DNA of 51,391 bases from Candidatus Krumholzibacteriota bacterium (GTDB taxonomy: Bacteria > Krumholzibacteriota > Krumholzibacteriia > LZORAL124-64-63): the NCBI GenBank assembly GCA_039714075.1, contig JBDLKA010000016.1, positions 1-51,391 of the forward strand, in the 5' to 3' direction. Shown here one piece after another: positions 1 through 9,814 of this stretch. The notes beneath the pieces were generated by a model. The model made no database searches. It saw nothing but the letters and a program-made list of their open reading frames with translations, and was not told the origin of the DNA. Numbering within the stretch: the stretch's first letter is position 1; every line of letters starts with the position of its first letter. A program made the translations under genes and the position numbers.

Positions 1-156
1 GGCGCCTTCGACACTGGACCACTTCAGACCAACCTTGCCCTTCACGAAAAACGCGGCCATCAGGTTGGGGGCGGCAGCCTGGGCCACAAGAGCGGTTCCC
101 AGCACCAGGGCCAGGACCAGCAGGAAAAAGCCGGTGTGCTTTGTGGAAATCTTCAC
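1..156 (-). CDS. Secreted protein, N-terminal 52 aa only (runs off window)
   Basis: Not in the ORF track; translated by hand. GTG at 156 follows AAAGGAAG and gives MKISTKHTGFFLLVLALVLGTALVAQAAAPNLMAAFFVKGKVGLKWSSVEGA, a typical Sec signal peptide ending AQA. Confidence 0.75.
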   Translation of the reverse strand, partial: MKISTKHTGFFLLVLALVLGTALVAQAAAPNLMAAFFVKGKVGLKWSSVEGA

Positions 157-690
157 GTTGTCTTCCTTTGACTTGCCGGTGGGAGCCGGCCGGAAAAGAT
201 TTCGTCAAACCGTTAACAGGAATCGCCCCTTGTCGAAAAATCCCGGAATCCTGTTAATTGTTTCCCGGCTTTCGTTGATCAATGCCGCCGGGTTGTGACA
301 TTCACATGACACCTAATATTCTATCGGTCACATGGGGAATTCTCCAAGAAAAAATAAATTTATTAACTCAGAGTGAAGAAGTGTGATCCTATCTTCAATG
401 ATACCAATACAGGACCTCATTGTATCGGATTATGGAAAAGCAATTTCAGGCTCCAATAACGTGAGCTGTTAAAAATATATCCACTTCCGCAGGTGATTAA
501 TTTTTAACACATTATAGAGACAAAACCCAGCCCCCCGTGTCGCCAACACCTACAGTTTTTCTGGGCTATCGAAATTTCGATGGGAAAAATCCGGGGAAAT
601 TCGAGTTTTTCCGGCCAAAAAATCCCATCCGACAACAGGATTTTTTTTGGGAAGGTTTCCCCTGATTCCCCTCCCGCAGGGGAGAAACAC
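157..690. promoter_or_regulatory. Long AT-rich intergenic/promoter region upstream of the 1..156 gene
   Basis: Clearly more AT-rich than the coding DNA, with no credible ORF. Dyads: TTAACAGGA/TCCTGTTAA (213-221/249-257), TGTGA-cat-TCACA (294-306), ATCGAAATTTCGAT (568-581). Confidence 0.5.
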
Positions 691-694
691 GGGG

Positions 695-740
695 AAAAAA
701 TGGTCCCGGGGTGCGGCTCACAATGGAGCGCCCGGGACCA
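695..740 (-). terminator. Rho-independent terminator after aconitase
   Basis: Stem TGGTCCCGGG (701-710) / CCCGGGACCA (731-740), followed on the minus strand by T6 (A6 at 695-700), about 40 nt past the aconitase stop. Confidence 0.8.
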
Positions 741-778
741 CCTTATCTCTTTCTCCCCTCAACCAGGGGAGTTCCTTG

Positions 779-3046
779 TCAGTTCGCTTCCTTGATCTTG
801 TTCAAAGCCGATCCGGCAACGAACCAGGCAATCTGCTCTTCGGTCAGGGTGTGGTTGAGCATGACCTCGTCGCTTCCGCCGGCGGCGTGGTGCAGAATCA
901 TCGTCACCGGCTGGTCCGGCGCCAGGTCGGCCAGGCCGACGATATCGAGGCGGTCGTCCTCGGCCACCTTGTCGTAATCGGCCGGATCGATGAAGGTCAG
1001 CGGCAGCACGCCCTGCTTCTTGAGGTTGGTCTCGTGGATCCGGGCGAAGCTGCGCACCACGACCGCGGCGGCGCCCAGATGACGGGGGCACATGGCGGCG
1101 TGTTCACGGCTGCTGCCCTCGCCGTAGTTCTCGTCGCCGACGACCACCCAGCGCAGTCCCTCGGCCTTGTAGTGCCGCGCCACGGCGGGAACTTCGCCGT
1201 ATGCGCCGGAAAGCTGGTCCTTGACGCTGTTGGTGGCCTCGTTGAAGGCGTTCACCGCGCCGATCAGCATGTTGTTGCTGATGTTGTCCAGGTGCCCGCG
1301 GTACTTCAGCCAGGGGCCGGCCATCGAAATGTGGTCGGTGGTGCATTTGCCCTGGGCCTTGATCAGAAGGGGCAGACCCCGGTAGTCCTGACCGTCCCAG
1401 GCGTTGAAGGGCTCCAGCAGCGCCAAACGATCGCTATCCGCATCCACGATCACCTTCACCCCCGCCGCGTCCGCGGGAGGGCCCTGGTAACCATCGGTGG
1501 ACACCACGAAACCCCGGGGCGGCAGTTCATCCGCCACCTGCGGGGCCTCCAGGGTCACCGCTTCGCCGCTTTCGCTGGTCAGGGCATCGGCCATGGGATT
1601 GAACTTCAGCGTTCCGGCCAACCCGTAGGCCATGACAACCTCGGGACTGCCGATGAAGGCGTTGGTCTCGGGATTCCCGTCGGCCCTCTTCTTGAAGTTG
1701 CGGTTGAACGACGTGACGATGGAATTGACGTCGCCGGTCTGGATATCTTCCCGCTGCCACTGGCCGATGCAGGGCCCGCAGGCGTTGGTCAGCACGGTGG
1801 CCCCGACCTCTTCGAGAGCCGCCAGCTGGCCGTCCCGCTTGATGGTCTCGTAGATCTGGTCGCTGCCCGGGGAGACCCACAGCGAGGTCTTCATCTTCAG
1901 GCCCTTGGCCTTGGCCTGGCGCGCCACGTCGGCCGCCCGGCAAATGTCCTCGTAGGAGCTGTTGGTGCAGCTGCCGATCAGGGCGGCGGTCAGGTTCTCG
2001 GGATATCCCTCCCGCTCGGTATCGGCGGCCATCTGACCCACGGGGTGGGCGATATCCGGCGAATGGGGCCCGACCAGGTGCGGTTCGAGAAAGGAAAGGT
2101 CGATCTCGATGATCTGGTCATAGAAATCCGCGGGATTGTCCGCCACCTCGGGATCGGCGCACAGGAGATCCTGGTTGGCGTCGGCCAGTTCGGCCAGATC
2201 CGCCCGGGCGGTGGCCTTCAGGTAGGCCGCCATGCGCTGGTCGTAGGGGAAGATGCTGGTCGTGGCCCCCAGTTCGGCCCCCATGTTGGTGATGGTCCCC
2301 TTGCCCGTGCAGCTGAGCGCCTCGGCGCCGGGCCCGAAGTATTCGACGATGGCGTTGGTGCCGCCCTTGACCGTCAGGATGCCCAGCAGCTTGAGAATGA
2401 CGTCCTTGGGGGCGGTCCAGCCGTTCGGCGCACCGATCAGTTTCACCCCGATCAGCCGCGGATCCTTCACTTCCCAGTTCAGGCCGACCATCACGTCGAC
2501 CGCGTCGGCGCCGCCGACACCGCAGGCCACCATTCCCAGGCCGCCGCCGTTGGGCGTGTGGCTGTCCGTGCCGATGATCAGTCCGCCGGGGAAGGCGTAG
2601 TTCTCCAGGACGATCTGGTGGATGATGCCCGAACCCGGCTTCCAGAAGCCCATCTTGTAGCGGGCGGCCGAGGAGCTGAGGAAATCGTAGACCTCTTTGT
2701 TGACGTCCAGGGCGTGGGCCTTGTCGAATTCGGCCCCCTTGTGGGCCAACAGCAGGTGGTCGCAATGGACGGTGGTCGGCACGGCGGTCTCGTCGCGTCC
2801 GGCCTGCATGAACTGCAGGATGGCCATCTGGGCGGTCGCGTCCTGCATGGCGACCCGGTCCGGCCGCAACGCCAGGGTGGCTTCGCCGCGCTCGAATTCC
2901 TGCCCGGCGGGGTCGGCCAGATGCCCGAAAAGGACCTTTTCGGCCAGGGTCAGGGGCCGGCCCAGCCGTTTGCGCACGACCGCCAGCCTTTGGCGGGTCT
3001 GCTCGTAGACATTGCTCACCATTTCTCGGGACGTCTCGATGGCCAT
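779..3046 (-). CDS. acn: Aconitate hydratase, mitochondrial-type (~755 aa)
   Basis: Motifs [71 protein letters not shown]. Start moved to ATG 3046, which follows AAGGAGAG. Confidence 0.95.
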   Translation of the reverse strand: MAIETSREMVSNVYEQTRQRLAVVRKRLGRPLTLAEKVLFGHLADPAGQEFERGEATLALRPDRVAMQDATAQMAILQFMQAGRDETAVPTTVHCDHLLLAHKGAEFDKAHALDVNKEVYDFLSSSAARYKMGFWKPGSGIIHQIVLENYAFPGGLIIGTDSHTPNGGGLGMVACGVGGADAVDVMVGLNWEVKDPRLIGVKLIGAPNGWTAPKDVILKLLGILTVKGGTNAIVEYFGPGAEALSCTGKGTITNMGAELGATTSIFPYDQRMAAYLKATARADLAELADANQDLLCADPEVADNPADFYDQIIEIDLSFLEPHLVGPHSPDIAHPVGQMAADTEREGYPENLTAALIGSCTNSSYEDICRAADVARQAKAKGLKMKTSLWVSPGSDQIYETIKRDGQLAALEEVGATVLTNACGPCIGQWQREDIQTGDVNSIVTSFNRNFKKRADGNPETNAFIGSPEVVMAYGLAGTLKFNPMADALTSESGEAVTLEAPQVADELPPRGFVVSTDGYQGPPADAAGVKVIVDADSDRLALLEPFNAWDGQDYRGLPLLIKAQGKCTTDHISMAGPWLKYRGHLDNISNNMLIGAVNAFNEATNSVKDQLSGAYGEVPAVARHYKAEGLRWVVVGDENYGEGSSREHAAMCPRHLGAAAVVVRSFARIHETNLKKQGVLPLTFIDPADYDKVAEDDRLDIVGLADLAPDQPVTMILHHAAGGSDEVMLNHTLTEEQIAWFVAGSALNKIKEAN

Positions 3047-3167
3047 GGGCCCTCTCCTTGGTGGGGTCAGGTGCGGGATGGAGTCCGTGCAGTTCAAGTT
3101 CGTTGTATGAAGGGTAATATAGACAATCGGCAGGTAAATTTCCCGATATTTCCAACCGCAGCGGCAG

Positions 3168-3899
3168 TCAGCGCCCCTCGAGCAGACGGTCCCCCAGGAT
3201 GCGCGGCAAGCCGGCTTCGAGGATGTCCTGCCTCGCCGCCAGGTTGTCGTATTCCACCCGTTCGAAATTCAGGGTCCCCTCCTTGCGGTCCCAGTACAGG
3301 AACGAGGCGCGCGGGTCGTTGTCCCGGGGCTGTCCCACGCTGCCGGGGTTGACCAGCATCCGCAGGGTGTCCTCCAGGAATATCTTTTTCTGCCGGACCG
3401 GCAAAAAGCCCTGTCCGTCGAACACCACCGGATGATGGGTGTGGCCGAAGAAGCACACACCCGGACCGTCGGATTCCAGCAAACTGGCGGAGGCTTCCTG
3501 GAGATCGTCCAGATAGATGAGGTAGCGGTCCCGGTCGTCGGGCGACCCGTGGACAAACAGGGCATCCTTGGAATTGCGGTGCGATACGGGCAGGGCGCCC
3601 AGCCATTCCAGATCATCGCCGGTGAGAAGTTTCCGATTGTGCTCGACCGCGGCCAGGGAATAGACGTTGAAGTCCAGACGCAGGGAGCCGTCGGCCACCA
3701 GGGCGTCGTGGTTGCCCTGGACCGTGACGACGTTTTTTTCGCGGATCATGGCCAGACATTCGTTCGGCCGGGCTCCGTAGCCGACAACGTCGCCCAGACA
3801 GAAGACCGAGTCGATTCCCAACTCCTCGATACGGGCCCAAACCGCGGTCAGGGCCTGGAGGTTGCTGTGTATATCCGAAATCACCGCCAGGCGAGTCAT
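3168..3899 (-). CDS. Calcineurin-like metallophosphoesterase
   Basis: Motifs [36 protein letters not shown]. Confidence 0.92.
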   Translation of the reverse strand: MTRLAVISDIHSNLQALTAVWARIEELGIDSVFCLGDVVGYGARPNECLAMIREKNVVTVQGNHDALVADGSLRLDFNVYSLAAVEHNRKLLTGDDLEWLGALPVSHRNSKDALFVHGSPDDRDRYLIYLDDLQEASASLLESDGPGVCFFGHTHHPVVFDGQGFLPVRQKKIFLEDTLRMLVNPGSVGQPRDNDPRASFLYWDRKEGTLNFERVEYDNLAARQDILEAGLPRILGDRLLEGR

Positions 3900-4027
3900 G
3901 TCATCTCCCGTGAAAATCAGGGGGCAAAAAAAAAGGCCGCTTCATCCTTCTTGTTTACCCAACCTTAACGGTCTACCATATATCAGCAACAGAATTTCCG
4001 CAAACCGACATACCCGGAGCATTCCCC

Positions 4028-5485
4028 ATGGACATGACTCTTGCGACCGTTGATGAAAAAGTATTGGCGCTGGCGGCCGACCGGTGCCGGGAAAAAGGGA
4101 TCATCATCCCCACCCTGGCCCAGATGAAAAATCCCGCCTTGATTCCCCCGGCCATCCAAAAAAAAATGAAGGATGTCGGGCTGTGGGACATCGATCCGCT
4201 GAACCTGTTCCGCATCACCTGGAAGAATGATCCGCAGACCGGACTGTTCAACGACGGCAACTGGGTGGAATTCCCGTCCGCACTGACCGGAGTTGACGCC
4301 CGCATCATCGGACTGGCGGGCCACTGGTTCCCCACCGGCGCCCACAAGGTCGGCGCGGCGTTCGGCTGCCTGGTGCCGCGGCTGGTCACCGGCGGTTTCG
4401 ACCCCACCACCCAGAAGGCGGTCTGGCCCAGCACCGGCAACTACTGCCGCGGCGGCGCTTTCGATTCCGCCCTGCTGGGGTGCGAGTCGGTGGCCATCCT
4501 GCCGGAGGAAATGAGTCAGGAAAGATTCGATTGGCTGAAAAACGTGGCCAGCGAAGTGATCGCCACCCCTGGTTGCGAATCGAACGTCAAGGAAATCTAC
4601 GACAAGTGCTGGGAGATCCGGGCCACGCGGCCGGAGTGCGTGATCTTCAACCAGTTCGACGAGTTCGGCAATCCCATCTGGCACTACCACGTGACCGGCA
4701 CGATCATCCAGGAAATCTTCGAGCGCATCGCCGGCCCCGGCCAGCGGTTGGGAGCCTATGTTTCGGCCACCGGTTCGGCGGGCACCATTGCCGCCGGTGA
4801 TTTTCTGAAGACCCGGCATGCCGACATGATCACCACGGCGGTGGAAGCCCTGCAATGCCCCACCCTTTACGCCTGCGGCTTCGGGGGCCACCGCATCGAA
4901 GGCATCGGCGACAAGCACGTTCCCTGGGTCCACAACGTGCGCAATACCGACATGGTCTGCGCCGTGGACGACGAGCAATGCCTCGACCTGTTGCGTCTGT
5001 TCAACGAACAGGCCGGGCGCGAAGTGCTGGCTGCTTCCGGAGTCCCCGCCGCGGTCCTGGAAGAGCTTCCCCTGCTGGGCATCTCCAGCATCTGCAACCT
5101 CGTGGCCGCCATCGAGACGGCGAAATACTACGATCTGGACGGGCGGGACCTCGTTTTCATGCCGCTGACCGATTCGGCCGCGATGTACAGTTCCCGGCTG
5201 GATGAATTGAGGTCGGAAAAAGGGCCCTACGAACGGGACCGGGCGATTGCCGACCACGCCCGCCGGCTTCTGGGCGCCACCCCGGACTACGTGCGCGAAC
5301 TGAGCTATCTGGACCGCAAGACCCTGCACAACTTCAAGTATTTCACCTGGGTGGAGCAGCAGGGAAAAACCGTCGAAGAATTACGGCGGCTCTGGGACCG
5401 GGACTTCTGGACCGAAACCTTCGCCGTGGCCGAGGCCTGGGACCGCCGGATCGAGGAATTCAACACCCGGGTGGGTTTGATCTGA
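4028..5485 (+). CDS. PLP-dependent enzyme, fold type II (cysteine synthase/TrpB-like superfamily)
   Basis: PTGAHKV (Schiff-base Lys), PSTGNY, NQF, Gly-rich SATGSAGT, IEGIG. GGAG upstream of the ATG. Confidence 0.85.
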   Translation: MDMTLATVDEKVLALAADRCREKGIIIPTLAQMKNPALIPPAIQKKMKDVGLWDIDPLNLFRITWKNDPQTGLFNDGNWVEFPSALTGVDARIIGLAGHWFPTGAHKVGAAFGCLVPRLVTGGFDPTTQKAVWPSTGNYCRGGAFDSALLGCESVAILPEEMSQERFDWLKNVASEVIATPGCESNVKEIYDKCWEIRATRPECVIFNQFDEFGNPIWHYHVTGTIIQEIFERIAGPGQRLGAYVSATGSAGTIAAGDFLKTRHADMITTAVEALQCPTLYACGFGGHRIEGIGDKHVPWVHNVRNTDMVCAVDDEQCLDLLRLFNEQAGREVLAASGVPAAVLEELPLLGISSICNLVAAIETAKYYDLDGRDLVFMPLTDSAAMYSSRLDELRSEKGPYERDRAIADHARRLLGATPDYVRELSYLDRKTLHNFKYFTWVEQQGKTVEELRRLWDRDFWTETFAVAEAWDRRIEEFNTRVGLI

Positions 5486-5492
5486 GGGCTCG

Positions 5493-6308
5493 TCATTCCG
5501 AGTGGATGGACAGGCCCTTCTTTCTGATGCGGTTCATTTCGAAGGCGGACGTGGCCTCGCAGTAGAGACTTTCCAGATCCCCGGCAAAAGGCTGGAAAAC
5601 CCGGACGATCTCCTCGGGCAGATCCGTGTCCTTGAAAGGCACTCCGGTCTCGGTGCGTTTCATCCGGTCAGCTTCTTCCTCCCAGAGCGCCGCTTCAGCC
5701 GCCCGGCCCGCCGCAGCCAGGGCCTCGGTGTGGTTCAGAACCAGCTTCCGCACGACTTTTTGTTCGCTCAGCGACATGCCCTGACCGGGATCCCCGTCCA
5801 GGTCCCGGTTGGGGACCTGCCCCTGCCAGGAGTTGTAGACCAGAACGTAGATCCAGATGTATTCCCCGAGGCTCATCCCGCCGTCGAGCAGGGCCTGGTT
5901 GCGCACCTCGGTGAACCGGCCGATGTTGCCCACCATGCCGAAGATACTGCCGGTGAGGCCTCCGACGGCTTTGAATATCTCGCCCTTCGACGGTTCCCCC
6001 TGCTTGTCGAGCTCGTCCATGGCGGCGAAACTGTCTTTGATATTCTGGAACTCCTCGCACAGCGGATACATCTGCCGGCGCACGGCGATGAATGTTTCCA
6101 GGCGGTCGGAGGTCAAGCCGCCGGGCGGCGGGATGTAGGTTTCCCTGCCACCGAACTCCGCTTCCAGGGCTTTCTGGGAATCGACGGCCTTGGTGAAAGG
6201 CCGCATCATGTATATTCCGCCACCCACCGACAGGATGATGCCGAGCAGAACCACCGCGCCGCAGCCCACGCCGCAGCCGATCAACCATTTTCTTCCTGAA
6301 CCCGCCAC
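5493..6308 (-). CDS. Hypothetical protein with N-terminal membrane anchor
   Basis: GTG at 6308 follows AAAAGGAG. KWLIGCGVGCG then a hydrophobic helix, followed by a soluble helical domain. Confidence 0.75.
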   Translation of the reverse strand: MAGSGRKWLIGCGVGCGAVVLLGIILSVGGGIYMMRPFTKAVDSQKALEAEFGGRETYIPPPGGLTSDRLETFIAVRRQMYPLCEEFQNIKDSFAAMDELDKQGEPSKGEIFKAVGGLTGSIFGMVGNIGRFTEVRNQALLDGGMSLGEYIWIYVLVYNSWQGQVPNRDLDGDPGQGMSLSEQKVVRKLVLNHTEALAAAGRAAEAALWEEEADRMKRTETGVPFKDTDLPEEIVRVFQPFAGDLESLYCEATSAFEMNRIRKKGLSIHSE

Positions 6309-6589
6309 GACGGCTCCTTTTGCTGACCCTGTCCCCGGTGCACCGGTCCAAAGGAAAATCCCGCCCATTATCCTACACAAACGAAGGAATTCAATGTCTT
6401 GTTGCATCACCGGACCCTGCCGGGACGGGCGCCGGCATACGGGTACCCGGCCCCATGCGGAATTGTAAATTCCTTGTTATCCTGTGGCCATTGATCGGCG
6501 GGCCTCGCCTTGCCGGCCACACGAAATACCCGGATATCCTCCCGATATCCGCCATCAGCCACCACTTCCCGGAAACCAGGAGGTTCTGC

Positions 6590-7477
6590 ATGCAGCTGAA
6601 AGTATCGGACCGGATTGAAAACAAGGTCGGCAACGGGGAATTGTCCGGCGAGGACGCCGGCCGGTTTGCGGCCTTCGTCGATAGATGCAACCAGGACTTC
6701 ATGACCCACCCCGTGATCACCGACAACCAGTTCTGCAAATGGTTTGCCAGCGGGGCCGCCGACCGGGACATCGTCAAGCATTTCATCATCCAGTTTTCCG
6801 TCTTTTCCAACCTCTTTCTCATCGCCCAGACACTCAAGGTGATCAACGCCGGTTCCCTGGAAGGCATGCGGGCCTCCAAGGAAATCCTGGCCAATGAGCT
6901 GGGTGTCATCTTCCACAAACCGGGCGCCCGGACCCAGGAAGTCACCGACAAGGACCAGGAAGGCGATCCCGAAATCGTGTCGATCGAAGGCTCGGTCGAC
7001 GGCGGCACCTTCCGGTTTCGGGCGGCCCATTTCGAGTGGCTGCTGAAAATGGGCGCGGTTCTGGATATCGGATTCAACGACATGGGAAAACGGCGGAACG
7101 GAACCCCGGCCACCCTGTTTTTCTGTGACCAGTTGATGGAAATCTACGGCAGCGAGGACCCCAACATCGCCGAGGGTGCCAGCTTCGCGGTGGAAAACTG
7201 GGCCGCGGCGGGATTCTGGAAACAGCTGGTCGCCGGCCTGGAGGCCTTCAAGCAGGTCGAGGAGCCCAAGCTTCCGTTGGCCTTCTTCACCTGGCACGAC
7301 CGCATCGAGGATCAGCATGCCGGGCACGTCATGGACGAACTCGAAGAGCTCTACTTCACCGCGGATTTCGACGAAGAGAAATTTCTCGCGGGCGGCCGGA
7401 AAATGCTGGGCGGGGTCCAGGCCTTCTGGACCGGGCTCAACGAACACCGCATCGCCGCCGCCTTCCAGACGGGTTGA
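6590..7477 (+). CDS. Heme-oxygenase-like diiron protein (PqqC/TenA/CADD-like fold)
   Basis: ATG follows AGGAGG. N-terminal HP, then NELG...AAHFEW...AVENWA...FFTWHDRIEDQH (E,H,E,H-x3-E-x2-H ligand pattern) and C-terminal FW. Confidence 0.7.
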   Translation: MQLKVSDRIENKVGNGELSGEDAGRFAAFVDRCNQDFMTHPVITDNQFCKWFASGAADRDIVKHFIIQFSVFSNLFLIAQTLKVINAGSLEGMRASKEILANELGVIFHKPGARTQEVTDKDQEGDPEIVSIEGSVDGGTFRFRAAHFEWLLKMGAVLDIGFNDMGKRRNGTPATLFFCDQLMEIYGSEDPNIAEGASFAVENWAAAGFWKQLVAGLEAFKQVEEPKLPLAFFTWHDRIEDQHAGHVMDELEELYFTADFDEEKFLAGGRKMLGGVQAFWTGLNEHRIAAAFQTG

Positions 7478-7537
7478 CCCCGGCTGCTTCATCTCCGGCC
7501 CCTGAATCCAGGGGCCGGAGTCCCCAGGAGACGAATC

Positions 7538-8140
7538 ATGAACACGAAAAGTTACCTGTCGTCGATCTTCCTGTTACTCCTGCTTGCGACCCTGGCCGGA
7601 CCGCTGGCCGCCGCCGAATACCTGATCGACTCCGCCCACAGCACCATCGGTTTCCAGGTTCGTCACATGGCCATCAGCAAGACCAACGGCCACTTCCGGG
7701 ATTTCACCGGTTCCTTCAGCTTCGAGCCGGGCCGGCCCGACGGTTGGTCCTGCGAGGCGGTCATCCAGGCCGAATCCATCAGCACCGACAACCAGAAGCG
7801 GGACGACCACCTGCGCAGCGACGAATTCCTGGACGTCGCCAATTTCCCCACCCTCACCTTCAAATCGACAGGCGTGGAACTGGAAAACGATTCCGAGGGC
7901 GTCCTGAAAGGCGACCTTACCCTCCACGGCGTCACCAAATCCGTGGAACTGGATCTGGAGTTCCTGGGCACGGTCACCGACCCCTGGGGAAACGACCGCG
8001 CCGGCTTCAGCGCCTCGCTCACAATCAACCGCAAGGACTTCGGCCTCACCTACCACACTGTCATGGAAGCCGGCGGCCTGGTCGTGGGCGACAAGGTAAA
8101 AATCACCCTGGAGATCGAGGGCATCTTGAATAAGGATTGA
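7538..8140 (+). CDS. yceI: YceI-family periplasmic polyisoprenoid-binding protein
   Basis: Signal peptide; IDSAHS, RDDHLRSDEF, GDLTLHGVTK, DPWGN, INRKDFG. Confidence 0.93.
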   Translation: MNTKSYLSSIFLLLLLATLAGPLAAAEYLIDSAHSTIGFQVRHMAISKTNGHFRDFTGSFSFEPGRPDGWSCEAVIQAESISTDNQKRDDHLRSDEFLDVANFPTLTFKSTGVELENDSEGVLKGDLTLHGVTKSVELDLEFLGTVTDPWGNDRAGFSASLTINRKDFGLTYHTVMEAGGLVVGDKVKITLEIEGILNKD

Positions 8141-8146
8141 GGTGTA

Positions 8147-8238
8147 GCCCCGCAGGGGCCGTATGCGAAGAATCCGGGTAATCCGCAGGCCGCAGGCTGA
8201 GGACATCCCGGATTCTTTGCATACGGCCCCTGCGGGGC
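8147..8238. repeat. 32-bp-arm inverted repeat between convergent genes
   Basis: GCCCCGCAGGGGCCGTATGCGAAGAATCCGGG (8147-8178) pairs with CCCGGATTCTTTGCATACGGCCCCTGCGGGGC (8207-8238), with one G-T pair and a 28-nt spacer. Confidence 0.85.
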
Positions 8239-8264
8239 GGCCCACTTAATGCATTTTTAAAGGC

Positions 8265-9758
8265 CTACTGGTCTTCAGCGTGGTGTTTAAAAGGCCGCTT
8301 CTGATACTTACGCGCGTAGTCCAAAGCCCCTCTGTAATTGTTGCCAAGGTCGACAACGATTTGGTACTCCTCGAGCGCCATATCCCGGTGCCCCAGCAGA
8401 TCGTAGCAGTTGCCCAGATAGTTATGGGTCCAGATCAGGGCGTCCATCTTTTCGTTGCGCTTGACGGCCACGCCGCTCAGGGCGCGCTTGAAGGCGGCCT
8501 CGGCCTTGTAGTACTCACCCTTGTGCATGTGGACCTTGCCGATATTGATCCAGACCTGGATGCCGTCCCCGCTCTGGACCAGCGCCTGGCGGCAACCGTC
8601 CTCGACCACGTCATACAGGCCCACCTTGAAGAAGCTCGAAGCCAGGTTCTGGTGAACCAGGGTGTGGGCGGCCTGATCGTCGGCAACCTCCCGGCCGAAA
8701 ACGAAGAAGCCCCCGCTGATGATCGAGGCGTTGAGCCCTTCGGCCACTAACGCTGCGGGGGTGGCCTCGTTCCCTCCCGGCTGCATGCGTTGAAAAGTCA
8801 TCTTCCGGCCCAGGGTGGGCGATTCGAAGTGGATGTTGTTCCCCAACCCGGTGATGAGACGACCGTCGGGGAGATTCCCGAAGAACCACCGGGGATCCCC
8901 CAGGGGCACGCCCCTGATCTTCATGAAGGCGGCCACTTCCTCGGGGCTCATGCCGCCCCCGCCGGGCAGGAGCATCTGCCCGAGAGACACGTCCACCGGC
9001 ATCCACCCGTAACCCGGCATGAAGGCTTCGGCGAACACGTGCTGCCCGCCGTCCAGCCAGGCGTAGGTCACCGTGCGCGCGGGAATCCCGATGGAGCGGC
9101 ACAAGGCGGTAAACAGGACACTGAACTGGCCGCAATCGCCGGTCCCGGCTTCAAGGGTGGAAATCGCATCCCGGTTTTCCCTGCCGCCGGGAATAAAGGC
9201 CATGTTGTGGATCAACCAGTCATAGATCAGACCACTCCGGACCCAGGCGTTTTTTTCCTGTCCCACGATTTCCCGGGCCTGGTCCAACACCTTGCCACCG
9301 GTCTGGATCCAGGTCTCCGGAGCCGTATACCGCCGGTACAGTTCACTTGATTTGTCATAGGTTTCCAGGCGAGACGGGTCGATATCGAAACGGACCGGTT
9401 TCTCCTCGACTTCCAGGTCGAAGTGGAAAAACTGGTGCGCCGGAGGGGATTCCTGATCGTTGAAGCGGGGCGCGGGCTCGGCCAGCCACTCGATAATCCG
9501 GTTGCCGGATACGGGGTCTTCCAGAATCGCCGCCGGGGCGGGCGAAATGTCGGTGACTTCCACCTCCTGCCCGGGCCAGGCGGGCGGCAGGGTCACCCAG
9601 ACGAGGATCCGGGCGTCCTCGGCGACCTCGTTGATATTGTCGACCGCGTACCAGAAACTGCCGGATTGTTTTTCCCCGGCGTCCGCGGGCCGGACCATTC
9701 CCAGAATGATTCCGAAAAAGGCCGCACCGCAAATGGCGGTCCATCCCCATTTTTTCAT
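8265..9758 (-). CDS. Secreted transglutaminase-like domain protein with C-terminal TPR repeats
   Basis: Signal peptide; catalytic-triad motifs GDCGQFS, GIPAR, HVFAE, GWMPVD; TPR-like C-terminus (NIGKVH...AEAAFKRAL, NYLGNCY). Confidence 0.85.
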   Translation of the reverse strand: MKKWGWTAICGAAFFGIILGMVRPADAGEKQSGSFWYAVDNINEVAEDARILVWVTLPPAWPGQEVEVTDISPAPAAILEDPVSGNRIIEWLAEPAPRFNDQESPPAHQFFHFDLEVEEKPVRFDIDPSRLETYDKSSELYRRYTAPETWIQTGGKVLDQAREIVGQEKNAWVRSGLIYDWLIHNMAFIPGGRENRDAISTLEAGTGDCGQFSVLFTALCRSIGIPARTVTYAWLDGGQHVFAEAFMPGYGWMPVDVSLGQMLLPGGGGMSPEEVAAFMKIRGVPLGDPRWFFGNLPDGRLITGLGNNIHFESPTLGRKMTFQRMQPGGNEATPAALVAEGLNASIISGGFFVFGREVADDQAAHTLVHQNLASSFFKVGLYDVVEDGCRQALVQSGDGIQVWINIGKVHMHKGEYYKAEAAFKRALSGVAVKRNEKMDALIWTHNYLGNCYDLLGHRDMALEEYQIVVDLGNNYRGALDYARKYQKRPFKHHAEDQ

Positions 9759-9783
9759 GACACCCCTCCCGGGTTTTTCAGCC

Positions 9784-9807
9784 GGGATCCCGCCCCTGCG
9801 GGATCCC
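9784..9807. other. 10-bp GC-rich hairpin between the cytochrome and transglutaminase genes
   Basis: GGGATCCCGC-CCCT-GCGGGATCCC. No adjacent U-tract on the minus strand, so it may stabilise mRNA rather than terminate. Confidence 0.45.
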
Positions 9808-9814
9808 CCATATC

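Noticed and set aside
160..300. Known riboswitch (e.g. c-di-GMP) in the leader of the 1..156 gene
   Set aside because: A hairpin is present, but I could not match any riboswitch consensus by eye. A cmscan run is needed.
294..306. TGTGA/TCACA as a CRP, FNR or Rex site
   Set aside because: The spacer is 3 nt, which does not fit CRP (6 nt) or the Rex consensus. Kept only as an unnamed dyad.
647..3352. 901-aa plus-strand ORF
   Set aside because: Antisense shadow of aconitase. High-GC codon bias suppresses stops on the opposite strand, and it has no recognisable motifs.
6320..6589. N-terminal extensions given by the ORF track (also 3047-3097, 27048-27203, 29531-29605, 42004-42099, 44543-44707)
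   Set aside because: Downstream starts have clear SD sequences and, where relevant, place signal peptides at the N-terminus. Several extensions overlap neighbouring genes.
6590..7477. pqqC or tenA assignment
   Set aside because: Only fold-level resemblance, and no pqq or thiamine-salvage context.
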